Source: the human T2T-CHM13v2.0 reference genome, Homo sapiens
Assembly: GCF_009914755.1 (NCBI RefSeq)
Contig: NC_060925.1
Direction: 5' to 3' (one strand)
DNA: 64,000 nucleotides
A model generated the notes under the pieces. That model ran no database searches. It was not told the DNA's origin and saw only the letters and a list, made by a program, of their open reading frames with translations. The position numbers were made by a program, and so were the translations under genes. Below, piece after piece: positions 40,061-55,040 of the stretch; within the stretch, counting starts at the first letter, position 1; the number at the start of each line of letters is the position of its first letter.

Positions 40061-42915
40061 TGTGGAGGGAAAGATGTGACATTCCCAAATATACCAGATT
40101 GGTATTCTGATTATTTGGAAAACATTGGAGAAATTGTAGTTTCACAGAGGGCTAGCTCATCTGTCTCTTCCTGCATGCAGCAAACCATAAAAATTTATCT
40201 GAAAGGGGTAGCCTCCCTGTATCAGGGTGAAAAAATAGCCCTATCACCAGAGACTGGGAATTGGGGGCTGCAGTGGACCTGAATAAATATGCTTACCGAA
40301 GTAACCCTTATCTTCCATTAGTTTTACACCCCACCTCCTATATCTTCTCGTGACTTCCCTAAAAATTTACTGCCCTTAGCCAGATTTTTTTTGTCCTGCC
40401 ACTTCTTCTAAATTTATTATTTTTTGTCTAAAAAATATAGAAGCATTTTGCTTTGGCTACTTTTTTAGACTTCACTGTCTTGTGAAGGTCCTCATGTACA
40501 TGTAAAACTAATAAAATTTGTATTTTTTTTCTCCTGTTAATCTGCCTGGTGTCCGTTTGATTTCTAGATGCAGCTGAAGAGCCCACTCAAAGCCAAAGAG
40601 GAGTTGAAGGTTGATATGGTTTGGCTCTGTGTCCCCACCCAAATCTCATCTTTAATTGTACTCCCACAATTCCCATGTGTTGTGGAATGGACACAGTGAG
40701 AGATAATTTGAATCATAGGGGCAGTTTCCCCTCTACTGTTCTCATGGTAGTAAATAAGTCTCATGAGAGCTGATGGTTTTATCAGGGGTTTCCACTTTTA
40801 AATCTTTTCTCTTGCCACTGCCAAGTATGAAGTGCCTTTTGCCTCCCACCATGATTCTGAGGCTTCTGCAGCCATATAAAACTTTAAATCCAATTAAACC
40901 TCTCTTTCTTCCCAGTTTTTGGTATGACTTCATCAGCAATGTGAAAACAAACTAATACAGTAAATTGGTACCAATAGAGTGGGGCATTGCTGATACCTGA
41001 AAATGTGGAAGCGACTTTGAAACTGGGTAACAGGCAGTGGTTGGAACAGTTTGGAGGACTCAGAAGACAGCAAAATGTGTGAAAGTTTGGAACCTCCTAG
41101 ATACTTGTTGAATGGCTTTGACCAAAATGCTGATAATGATATAGGCAATGAAATCCAGGCTGAAGTGGTCTCAGATGGAGATGAGGAACTTGTTGGGAAC
41201 TGGAGCAAAGGTGACTCTTGTTATGTTTTAGCAAACAGACTAGTGGCATGTTGCCCTTGCCTTAGAAATCTGTGGAACTTTGAACTTGAGAGAGATGATT
41301 TAGGGTATCTGGTGGAAGAAATTTCTAAGCAGCAAAGCATTCAGGAGGTGACTTGGGTGCTGTTAAAGGCATTCAATTTTAAAAGGAAAACAGATCATTG
41401 GAAAATGTGTAGCCTGACAATGCAATAGAAAAGAAAATCCCATTTTCTGAGGAGAAATTCAAGCAATCTGGAGAAACTTGCATAAGTAACGAGGAGCCAA
41501 ATGTTAATCCCCAAGACACTGGGGAAAATGTCTCCAGGTCATGTCAGAGGTCTTCATGGCAGCCCCTCCATCACAGGCCTGGAGGCCCAGGAGGAAAAAG
41601 TGGTTTCATGGGCCGAGCTGAGGGTCCCTGTGCTGTGTGCAGCCTAGGGACTTGGTGCCCTGCATTCCAGCCACTCCAACCATGACTGGGACCAAGGTAG
41701 AGCTCAGGCCATGGCTTCACAGGATGCAAACCCCAGGCCTTGGCAGCTTTCATGTGGTGTTGAGACTGCGAGTGCACAGAAGTCAAGAATTGAAGTTTGA
41801 GAACCTCCCCCTAGATTTCAAATGATGTATAGAATTGCCTGGATGTCCAGGAAGAAGTTTGCTACAGGGGTTAGGGTCTCATGGAGAGACTCTGCTAGGG
41901 CAGCATGGAAGGAAAATCTGGGATCGGAGCTTCCACACAGAATCCCTACTGGGGCACTGCCTACTGGAGCTGTGAGAAGAGAACTACCATCTTCCAGACC
42001 CCAGAATAGTGGATCCACCGAGAGCTTGCCCCATGTGCCTGGAAAAGGTGCAGACACTCAATGCCAGCCCATGAAAGCAGCCAGAAAAAGGGCTGTATCC
42101 TGCAAAGCCACAGAGGCAGAGCTTCCCAAGGTGGTGAGAGCCCACTTCTTGCATTAGCGTGACCTGGATGTGAGACATGGAGTCAGAGGAGATCATTTTG
42201 GAGCTTAAGATTTGACTGTCCCCCTGGATTTTGGACTTGCATGGGGGCCTGTAGCACCTTTGTTTTGGCCCATTTCTCCCCTTTGGAATGGCTGTATTTA
42301 CCTAATGCCTGTACCCCCGTTGTATCTAGAAATTAACTAACTTGCTTTTGATTTTACAGGCTCATAGGCAGAAGGTACTTGCCTCATCTCAGACGAGACT
42401 TTGGACTGTGAACTTTTGAGTTAATGATGAAATGAGTTAAGGCTTTGGGGGACTGTTGGGAAGGCAAGATTGGTTTTGAAATGTAAGGACATGAGATTTG
42501 GAGTAGGCAGGGGCAGAATGATATGGTTTGGTTCTGTGTCCCCACCTAAATCTCATCTTGAATTGTACTCCCATAATTCCCATGTGTTGCGGAAGGGACC
42601 CAGTGGGAGATAATTTGAATCATGGGGGTGGTTTCCCCCAAGATTCTCACGGTTCTCATGGTAGTGAATAAGTCTCATGAGATCTGATGGTTTTATCAGG
42701 GCTTTCTGCCCTTGCATCTCTCTCATTTTTTCTTACCACCACCACCACCACCACGTAAGAAGTGTCTTTCACCTCCTGCCATGATTCTGAGGCCTCCACC
42801 CAGCCATGTGGAACTGTAAGTCCAATTAAACCTCTTTTTCTTCCCAGTCTTAGGTATGTCTTTATCAGCAGTGTAAAAACAGACTAATACAGAGGTGATC
42901 TGGGACTCCCCTGCA
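40061..42915 (+). mobile_element. ERV1 solo LTR (LTR54-like), split into 40061-40611 and 42892-42915
   Basis: tgtggagggaaag...ccaaatata..gattggtatt..gattattt..gaaaacattggagaaattgtag; ctaataaaatttgta; resumes as gaggtgatctgggactcccctgca after the THE1. Confidence 0.7.
40612..42891 (+). mobile_element. Full-length THE1 (A/B-type) MaLR provirus: 5' LTR 40612-40959, internal 40960-42518, 3' LTR 42519-42891
   Basis: Two tgatatggtttgg...ctaataca LTRs; internal gag-like remnant ORF 41051-41428 (EIQAEVVSDGDEELVGNWSKGDSCY); PPT ggcaggggcagaa; TSD AAGGT/GAGGT. Confidence 0.95.
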
Positions 42916-43285
42916 ACAGGCCCACAGAATGATGAGATATCTGGCTAAACATTATTTCTGGGTGTGTCTATGAGGATGTTTCTAGAAGAGATTAGCATTT
43001 GAACTAGTAGACTAAGTAAAGTAGATGAGTCAAATGTGGGTGGGTACTATCCAATCCATTAAGAGCCTGAATAGAACAAGAAGATGAAGGAAGGCTGAAT
43101 TTGCTTTTTGACTGGCTGCTTAAACTAAGACTTTGACCTTCACTTGCCCTCAGTTCTCCTTGTTCTTGGACATTCAGACTTAGACTGGGATCTACACTGC
43201 CAGTTTCCTGGGCCTCCAGCTTGCAGATGGCAGATTGTGGGGCTTCTCAGCCTCCATAATTATGTGATCCAATACCTAATTATAA

Positions 43286-43288
<3 letters not shown>

Positions 43289-43328
<40 letters not shown>
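43289..43328. repeat. (AT)n microsatellite inside MLT2
   Basis: About 20 AT units. Confidence 0.95.
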
Positions 43329-43330
<2 letters not shown>

Positions 43331-44065
43331 TATTGGTTCTGTTTTTCTGGAGAATTTTGACTAATACAGCTACAGAAGTATTTATCCACCACGATGCAAA
43401 ACAAAAGACATATAATAACAAACAAAACTTTGCTTGTGAATGCTTTTAAAAGGGTCAAGAATTATTGTTTTTTGTAGTCCTCACTACTCCTGATTTTCTT
43501 ACAGCTGTCTGTTTTGCTTATTTATGTTACTATCCTAGTCCTTCAATTAATGGTTAAGACATTAAGGAATAAAATAACCTAAACCAAGAACGACTGTAGA
43601 AATAATGCAGAGCAAAGAGATTAGACAGAGATTAAAAAGATAGAATACAGAAGTTGAAATTGGGGAGCTGGTGCCAAAGAATATAATTTGAGTCACCACG
43701 AATTACAAAAGATGATCTCAAGGTAGATGAGCTCACCCTCTGTGGCTTTGCAGCCTGATAAGAGAAGCAGAGCAAGGGTGAAAGTTTGAGAAACATTGAC
43801 TTAAAAGAATGTATTTAGGAAGAGTAGTTCATAAAAAAGACCTTCAGCGTGGGCTAGTGTGCAATCTCTGCCTATCTCTGCCCTTCTGAAGCCTGTGACA
43901 TTTGACTGTGGATCATGATTAAGAGAAAGAAATGGGGGGAATATGTCTCACATACACTAAAAATGTCCTTAGAGTCACGAGAGTTGCACTCAGCTCATTT
44001 TAACTTCCACTTCCTCAAAAGTAAATAGGAGAGCCCATCATGGCCAAATTAATGCATAGTACTAT

Positions 44066-44660
44066 GCAGAGCCAAGGCCCTTGACCCCCTGGAAGTTGAA
44101 AAATTACTGACATGAGGCAAATTAATAGAAAAAAAAAGGCATATAAATTTATGTGTTTATGAGGGAAGCTTCAGAACGAAGACCCAATCACCCACTGAGA
44201 TTCAGAAGCTTATTTCCCATCTTGACAAAACAAGTTCTGGGAGGTGGGAGAAGAGGGATTCTGTTGAGAGACAGTAAAGATTGCTAGGGAGAATGAATGG
44301 ACAGGGAACAGAGATGAACGGGTAAGTAGATCTCTTTGGAATTTGCTTGAGTCTGAGAGACAGCCATGATCTCATGTGTGCTCAGATGTGGTTACATTCT
44401 TGGTCTTCTTTTCTGCGATAGATAATTAGACAACAGGGAGGGGAGGAAAACAGTTGTTCCCATTGGTCATAGAGAAAATTCAGAAAACAACTTTGTCCTT
44501 TCTTTCTCCTTTTTATACTGTTTTATCCTTTTTATCCTATGCTTTGGGAGAGATATGTGTGTTGGAGAGGCAGAGGGGAGTGTCAGAGGGACTTCGAGCC
44601 TTCTTTAGTCCAGTATGTCAAAATATCATATTTTTAGGTACTGGTTTCTGAGGTCCAAGA
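44066..44660 (-). mobile_element. ERV1 solo LTR (MER34/MER39/LTR29 group)
   Basis: Ends catatttttaggtactggtttctgaggtccaa (complement of TGTTGGGGCTCAGAAACC..ACCCCAAAATATG); gcaaattaatag..aaaggcatataaattta. Confidence 0.65.
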
Positions 44661-44778
44661 GTACTTCCAGCAACCTAATAATTTGTCTCCCTTTAAACCT
44701 AATATTGTTTAGATAATTTTTCACATTATTTAGTGGAAGTGGGGAGAAACTGGTTTCATTAAACTGTTATTTAAATCA

Positions 44779-45139
44779 TGCTATAGTCTGAACATATATG
44801 CCTCCCTAAAATTTATATGTTGAAATCTAACCCCTCAAATCATGGTAATAAGAGATGGAGTTTTTGGAAAATGACTAAGTAATGACAGTGGAGCCCTCAG
44901 GAAAGCGATTAGTGCCCTTTAAAAAAGGCTCAACAGAGCTCCCTGGTGCCTTTCTGTCATATGAGGACACAGCAAGAAAGCATCTGTGATGCAGAGAGCA
45001 AGCCTTCACAAGACACCAAATCTGCTGGAACTTGACCTTGAACTTCCCAGCCTCTAGAACTGTCAACAGTGAATTTCTGTTGTTTATATACTACCCAGTC
45101 TAAGGTATCTTGTTATAGCAGCCCAAATGGACTAAGACA
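44779..45139 (+). mobile_element. MLT1A/A0 solo LTR
   Basis: tgctatagtctgaa...cagcccaaatggactaagaca; TSD AATCA/AATCG. Confidence 0.88.
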
Positions 45140-45167
45140 AATCGCATAAGATAAATACTAACTAATA

Positions 45168-46256
45168 TTTTTTCCAATTTTTTATTGCAATAAAATAGAC
45201 ATAAAATAGAACTTACCATTTTAAGCAGCTTTAAGTTTGCATTTCAGTGGCATTAAGTATGTCATATTGTGCAACTATCACAATCTTCCATTTCCAGATC
45301 TTGCAATAATGAAACTCTACACCTGTTAAAGACTAACTCCCAATTCTTCCCTCCCCCAGGCCCTGGTAACCAGCATTATACATTCTGTGTCTATGATTTT
45401 GACTACTCTAAGGACCTCATATAAGTGAAATCATATAGCATTTAACCCTTTTTTTTGACTGGCTTATTTTACTCAGCATAATCACCTCAGGGTTCATCCA
45501 TGTAGCATATGTCAGAAGTTCCTTCCTTTTTAAGGCTGACTGATAAGGAGGAATTTACTTCTGTCATTTTGCTATTTGTTTTCTATATGCCTTATGGCTG
45601 TTTTGCCCTTTATTTCTTGTATTAGTGTCTTCTTTTGTGCTTAGTTGATTTTTTGTAGTGAAATATTTAAACTCCTTTCTCATTTCCTTTTGTGTATATT
45701 CTACAGCTATTTTCTTTGTGGTTACCATGGGGATTACATTTAACATCCTAAAGTTATAACATTCTAATTTGGATTTATACCAGCTTAACTACAATACCAT
45801 ATAAAAATTGCTCCTTTACATCTTTCTCCCCACTCCTTTCAGTTTTTGATGTCACAAAATTACATCTTTATACATTGTGTGTTCAAAAACATAAACTCAT
45901 AATTTTTCAAAATGTATTAGTCTTTTAAATTATGTAGAAAGCAAAATATGCATTTGCAAACTGTTGTTACAATAATACTAGCTTTTATACTAATAATTGC
46001 CATATTTAAAATGTATTAGTCTCTTAATATATTCAGGAGGGGGATGTATAGCTACTACTATGTTAAGAGCTAAAAATGACCATGATCACAATTAACCCCA
46101 ATTTACTATCCAGTCCTTCCCCTGGAAGTTGCAAGCCTACAGTGCTCTCCAGAGTTCCCAAATTGTTACAGCTGAAAGATTTTACCAGTGCAATTGTTGT
46201 CTAGGTGGGGAGAGAGAACCCTGGTGCTTCCCATTCTGCCATTTTCCCTGATTCTT
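45168..46256 (-). mobile_element. Internally deleted L1MB-like element (3'UTR, inter-ORF piece and 5' end)
   Basis: 3' end ttcagtggcattaagta..ttgtgcaactatcac; inter-ORF gtggttaccatggggattaca; 5' end ctgccattttccctga. Confidence 0.7.
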
Positions 46257-46481
46257 ACTGTTAAAAAAATATCCAAACACTTTAAAAGTACAAAGAGCAG
46301 AAAATGACTGTCTCCTTGCATTCCTTGCCCCTGATATTCCTCTGCATCTTCATAGCTTTGATCATATTACAGTTTACTGTTTGGTATATGTTTTCCGAGA
46401 AATTTTGTCTATGCTTTTATATGAACATTAGTACATCATTCTTTATTTGGATAAACTGTTACACACTACATTTTTATATTG

Positions 46482-47150
46482 TGTAGTGAAAAATTATCCT
46501 TACCAAGGAGAAGTCTGAACTTCACCCTTGACTTTTGGTAAGAGATCTCTAGGCCCTAGAACGTCATGCCTAATAGGAGTGTCTTTATTTGCCTTTGGGG
46601 GCTTTGGCCACTGGACAGTCTAACAATGTGATTTATGATGGGGACTTTGGGCTGTGATATATAAATTCCAAACTCCAGAGGAACTGATGACCAAAGGTAT
46701 TAGCCAAATTTCCAGGAAGGGCTTGAGATTTAAGGTGAGTCATGCAGGTAGTATGTGACTGAGCTCCAATAAAAACTCTTGACACCAAGACTTGGGTGAG
46801 GTTCCTTGGTTGACAATACTCTGTGCATATTGTTATAAAAGGTGACCAGGAGGAGGCAGTGCCATCCATGACACCACAGAAAGAAGACAATTGAAAACTC
46901 CCTTTTTGGATCCTCTTGGATTCTAGCCTATGTGTCTTTTCCCCTTAGCTGACTGTAATCTGTATCCTTTTTCTGTAATAAATCGTATTGTGTGTATAAT
47001 TACTTTCAATAAATTCTGAGTCCTTTAAGCTAATTATCAAACTTAAGGGTGGTTGTGGAAACATTTGTAAACTTCTAATTGATGTCACAAGTGAGGATGG
47101 TTTTGTGTGGGAACTGTGCTCTCAAACATTATAGCTTAGATAACTCCAGG
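46482..47150 (+). mobile_element. MER77/MER21-group ERVL LTR
   Basis: tgtagtgaaaa..., cctaataggagtgtcttt, ctaacaatgtgattta, ccaataaaaactcttgacacc, ctgtaataaatcgta. Confidence 0.7.
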
Positions 47151-47217
47151 TACACATAAATATGGATCTCCTTGTTACATGAAAGGTTAAGTACAGATTT
47201 TAAAAAGTTTCATTTTT

Positions 47218-47551
<334 letters not shown>

Positions 47552-47599
47552 TTACTATCTCTATTTATGTTTCTTTTCTTTCTTTCTTTTTCCTTTTCC

Positions 47600-48900
47600 T
47601 TTCTTTCTTTTTTAATAAATTGTAGAATTAGCTTGTCATAGTTGACTAAGAATTTGGTTAGCATCATGTTTGGGACAACAGTGAATTTGTTTTTTAACAT
47701 AGGAACATTTATAGAGGTGGCATAATATTTACTTTTTCCTTTCGTGAATTTTGTGTGTCTATTTACTTTAGTCTTCTTTTATGTCCTTTGGTGTACTAAA
47801 TATGCTAGGTACATTACTAGACATTTTATATTTTTGTTGCTAATTCAAGTGATATTTTCCCTTTACTTTTTCTTATTGTTTATTTCTGTTGTATAAAGTA
47901 GTGGGGTTTCTTGTATTAATCTGTTGTATTGATTTTTAGTATGGATCTTTTATATCCAGCAATGATAATAAAACCAGTTATTAATTTTGAGAAATTTTCA
48001 AGTCAATTCTCCCAGATTTTTTTTTTTAGAGACACATATCATTTGTAAATCCTTAAAGTTTATTTAGCCTTCTCAAATATATGTGCTTTTTATTTATTTT
48101 TTCTCATTTACTTCATTGTCTGGGATATCCAGAAAGATAATGATACATGACAGTGACAATTGGTGCTAGAAAACTAAATGTTTGTGTTCCCCCGAAAATT
48201 CATAAGTTGAAGCCTGATTCCTCATGAAATGATATTTGAAAGTGGGGCCTTTAGGGGGTTATTAGGTCATGAGATTGAAGCTCTCATGAATGAGATTAGT
48301 GTCCTTATAAGAAGAGACACAGGAGAGCTTGTTTTTTTCTCTTTTTCTCCACCATTTGGGGAAACCAGGAAGTGGGCCCTCACAAAAATCTGATCATGCT
48401 AGCACTCTGATCTTGCATATCCAAGCCTCCAGAATTGTGAGAAAAGAAATATTTCTTGTTTAAACCATCCAATCTCTTGTATTTTTGTTATAATAGCCTG
48501 AACTAAGACAGTTAACATCTATAATTTGTTCCTGAGTTCAATGTAATTTTAAAAACTATTTACCCTTAAGTTTTGCTGGGAGATTCTGATATACAGATAT
48601 TATATCAAATAAAAAAAAGTTTTCTTTTTTTGCTATTTGCTAATATATTTTTTAAACAAATATTCCATCAAATTTTTTTCATCTGTTAGTTTTTCTTAAT
48701 TCATGAATGCAGTGATATATATATATATTACTGCATATATATATTATATGTGTGTGTATATATATATATATATATACATATAATTTTCTTAATTTAGAAC
48801 TCTCTTTGTATTCCTTGGAAAGAAGCCCTTCTTGATCAGAATACATTATTTCTTGTCCATTTTTGTTGTTAATACTTAAGCTTCTTTTGTGATATTACTT
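47600..48900 (-). mobile_element. Ancient L1ME ORF2 fragments
   Basis: T-rich degenerate L1 antisense sequence (ttttatattttttgttgcta, atcatttgtaaat, ttcattgtctgggatatccag). Confidence 0.55.
48164..48510 (+). mobile_element. MLT1A-like solo LTR
   Basis: aatgtttgtgttccccc..aaattcataagttgaagcc...cctccagaattgtgag...gcctgaactaagaca. Confidence 0.85.
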
Positions 48901-49799
48901 GAGAAACTTTCCAACCTTTTATGTACTCTGAAAAGTTAATGATGTTGAGGCATATTGGCATTTTGTCTCTCTTTTGATTATAACAGTTGTGGAGTATTGA
49001 AATACAAATATATATATTTGTAGCATATATCTGTCTGCAAAAATGTATGTATGCAAAAGTAAATAGTTTTCTAAGAACAGACATGACCAGTTAGGCTGTG
49101 TACATACAAAATATTCAAGTATTAAATGACTCTGACAGTGAGTTGTAAAATCTAAGGTTAGTCAGTAACACATCAGTGTGTCTCTGTTGAACCATAGCTC
49201 CTTCTGTGCTAGGCACAGGAGTGAAAATAAATATGAAAGTTGTTGCTGCCACATTAACTGACTTCTTACTCAGGAAGGCTGTGCGTTGCAAATGGAGTAA
49301 CTTAGCAATAGCCTTGGTAATATGCTATTTGGTGTTAATGATCAGAGCCTTCAAGTGTCATATTCCTTGATTCTAGTATTTATCATATTTAACTAGAATT
49401 TAACATCTCCCCTCTATCTACCCAAAACACTCCTTTCCTGTGTTTTCTAAGTAAATGGCATCCAACAATTATCATTAGAACTGGGAATCATTTGTGACTT
49501 CTACCTTTCCCTTATGTCCATATTGCACTGATCTCAATTTCTAGAATTCTACCATTTAATCTCTTGGAAATCCCTTTATTCTGCATTAATTTACTCTTAG
49601 GTCTTTATAGTTTCATTTCTTACTGTCATAGAAGTTGTTAATTAAATACCACAAAGAAATTGGGGGCAGGGATTTAAAAATTATAATACAAACATTATCT
49701 GATCCTAAAAGTTTGCTACAAATTGCTCGTGAAATTTCTGAGCCTAATATTTGTATAGGCAGATCCTAGGATATCTTTTCATATTTTTTATGGTTATTA

Positions 49800-52100
<2,301 letters not shown>

Positions 52101-52259
52101 ATTTTTATGATTGTCAAATTAATTAAAAGTGGATAATTTACTTCTTTATATTTAAAATGAAAAATCTTTTATAAGCATTAACCATTCTATAACTTTATTA
52201 CATTTGTAGTTAACTTCTATTTCATAATTTTTCTGTCATTCATAAATAATGTTGGCCAT

Positions 52260-52697
52260 TGGGTTATGAAGGGTTCTCCAGAGGAATAGAACCAATAAGA
52301 TATGAGAATATGCAAAGAGAAAGAATTACTTTAGGAATTCCTCATTTTAAGGAATTGGTTCATGTGATTGTGGGGGCCTGGTAAGTATAAAATCTGCAGG
52401 GCAGGCTCGCAGGCTGAGACCCGGGAAAGATATAATGTTGCAGCTAGAGTTCAAAGACACTCTGGAGGCAGAATTCCCTCTTCCTCTGAGGATCTCAGTC
52501 TTTTTCTCTTGAGGCCTGCAACAGATTGGATAAGGTACATCTACATTATGGAAAGTAATCTGCTTTACTGAAAGGCTATTGACTTAAGTGATAATCTTAC
52601 CTAAAAAGTACCTCAATAAGAACATCTAGACTGGCATTTGATTGGATATCTGTGTTCCATGGCTTAGCCAAGTTGACACGTAGAATTAACCATTAAG
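52260..52697 (-). mobile_element. MLT2 (ERVL) solo LTR
   Basis: agggttctccagaggaatagaaccaataag...gccaagttgacacgtagaattaaccat. Confidence 0.85.
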
Positions 52698-53069
52698 TCA
52701 TACATATTCACTAATGTATAAATTATAGTTATAATACATATATATGATTTCAAAGCCTTGTTCGAAATATATTTTAAAAGTTCCCAAATATTTCTTGAGT
52801 TTTGAATTAAGTATTTTAAGAAGATTATTTATTCCTGACAGAAACTCCTGTGTCAGTATTAGTCAATTTCAAAATTTCAACCTATTACAACTATTGAATT
52901 TAGGCAACTCTTAGTGGACTAGTCTCAAGGTTTCTGGCTTAGCTTGTCATGATACCAGTCAATTAGATGGATTATAGAATTCTCAACAGAGGTAACTAAT
53001 ACTGTAGAGGAGATTTCTGCTGTTTATTGTTGCTTTTAAATTTCCATGAAAAAAATGTCATTTGGGATA

Positions 53070-53505
53070 AATATGTTAGATAGTATTTTTGTCCTAACTC
53101 TTTATACTTTCCTTATAATAGAACTTTAGGTCCATACACTTTGCCATGTGCTTTGCAGTAGAGTAGACAGAGAATATGTCTCCTTATTGATATTGAGCTG
53201 GGCGATGTCCCTTGCTTTGGGTGATGGAATGTGCACTGGTTTGCAGCCAGAAGCTACAGTTGTATGATTTGGTTTACCCTCTTATGCTTCCCTTGTTTGA
53301 TATTAGGAGAGAATGCTCTGAATAGTCTCTGTTTCAGAAAGAGAAGTATGCAGAGAAGACCTAAACTGGACCTATAGTTTGAAGTAGAGCGCTGTTAGAC
53401 TCTGATCCACAGACATATGCATAAGAAAATTCATTATTATTTTTTAAATCATTAAACTTTGGGAGTTGTTTCTTACACAATAACTTTACAAAAGCTGCCT
53501 AATAT
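53070..53505 (+). mobile_element. MLT1 (I/J-like) LTR
   Basis: tttgccatgtgctttgcag, cttgctttgg..gatggaatgtg, tttgggagttgtttcttacac...ctgcctaata. Confidence 0.6.
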
Positions 53506-53889
53506 TGTAGGGAAAAAAAAACAATTTTCATGTCACTGTTACTTGAATTCATTGGTATCACCTTTTATCCACTTATTTCACAAATATGTATTGAGTGACT
53601 ACTGCATGCCTGGGATTTTCCTGGGACGTATTAGTACTTTCCTACTGCCAGGGATATTTCATCTCTGTTTTCATATAGGGTACAAGAAATCTACTTTTCT
53701 AGCTTCCAGTTTAATTTGGATCCGGGTAGACCTGCTGTTGAAGAAAATAAATCATCATATTATTTTTCCAATGTAATGTTTTAGTCACTTTGTGGCCTAA
53801 AGGAAGAAAGCCAGATACAGAACATGATACTTTCTGATTAACAAAGTGACAAGGGAATTTTAAACCTTTTATATACAAATGAAATTATA

Positions 53890-54240
53890 GATTGTGGGTA
53901 AGGACAGGTCAGGATAGGCCACAGTGACAAATGACTCTAAAATCTCAGTGGTCTACAAAAGCAGGGATTTTTCTCACTGATGCTGTGGGAACATCATAGG
54001 GTGCTTATGGCTCTTCTCTATATTGTCTTTTCTCTGGGCCTCAGGCTGCTGAAACATTCATATGTAAAACATTGACAAATTCATAACGAAAGGAAACTAC
54101 ATACCTGCTCAAAAAGTTTCTGTTTGAACTGGAATTTGTCATTTTAATTCTCATTTCATTGGTCTATTCTGTCATCAGAAGGTTATAAAATTATAATCCT
54201 CCCCCAGGGAGGGCAGAAAACAATTGTTAATTATAATAGA
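53890..54240 (-). mobile_element. MLT1 (K/L-like) LTR
   Basis: cagtgacaaatgactctaaaatctcagtgg, ctcatttcattggtc, ataatcctccccca. Confidence 0.55.
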
Positions 54241-54819
54241 CTTTTTCCATGGAAAAACAAATACAATGTTTAACCTTATAATGAATAGTTAATTTCCATA
54301 GGAGGAGATTTTTCAGCTTTTGAAGTCTGCATACCTTCAAGGAAATTCTTCAAAAACAGCCAAGACATTTTAAGATGAGGAGCTACAGAACAGGTATAAA
54401 TCTGATACAAATCTTAATCTAACAAGAAACAGAGTGTATTTTCATAATAACTCTAGGTCAAATGCCTTCTAAACATTCCTAAATTTTGTCTTTATCAGTG
54501 AGCGGTCCAGAATTTTGCTTCCTGCAATGTATTGGAGTTCACAGTATTCCACCAATTTTTCATTAACATTTGCTAATGAGATCTCTTATTAAGATCTCTG
54601 GCATAAGCATAATTTTTATTAAATAGGACTGAATTAAGGAATATGGATCTTAGAGATTTTCTATTTTGACATTAAAGATTATAAGGATTATATATTTTTA
54701 TCTTCTCAATAAAGCAACTAGCGAAATACCTGGCATAAAATAAGACTAAGAAAATCCCTCATCTCTGCCTACAATTGTACTTCCAGCTGCCTTTAAGGAT
54801 CATTTAACCTTTATAAAAC

Positions 54820-55040
54820 CTAAAGTAAGGCTTTACCATTTATAAAGCACTTTTCAAAAATTCAATTAATTCTCATTACAATCTTATGCAATATGTATTA
54901 CTACTTTCATTTCTTTATGGATGAATATATTGAGACTACAAAAGTTAAATAAATTTTGAAACATCAAATACCTTAGCAACTATTTGCTAAGGGGACCTTT
55001 TTTCAAAATCCTATATGCTTCCCAGCACACCTGTTATAAT
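54820..55040 (-). mobile_element. MIR SINE
   Basis: cttaccatttataaagcactttt...ttctcattacaatcttatg...ttgagactacaaaagttaaat. Confidence 0.55.

Larger units (their letters stand above)
40031..43368 (+). mobile_element. MLT2 (ERVL) 3' LTR, split into 40031-40060 and 42916-43368
   Basis: tgttatgaataattttatgtgtcaactt ... ggctaaacattatttctgggtgtgtctatgagg ... ctattggttctgtttttctggagaa..gactaataca. Confidence 0.85.

Noticed and set aside
41051-42157. THE1-internal ORFs (125 and 111 aa) as protein-coding genes
   Set aside because: They are broken remnants of the MaLR gag-like frame with no evidence of selection.
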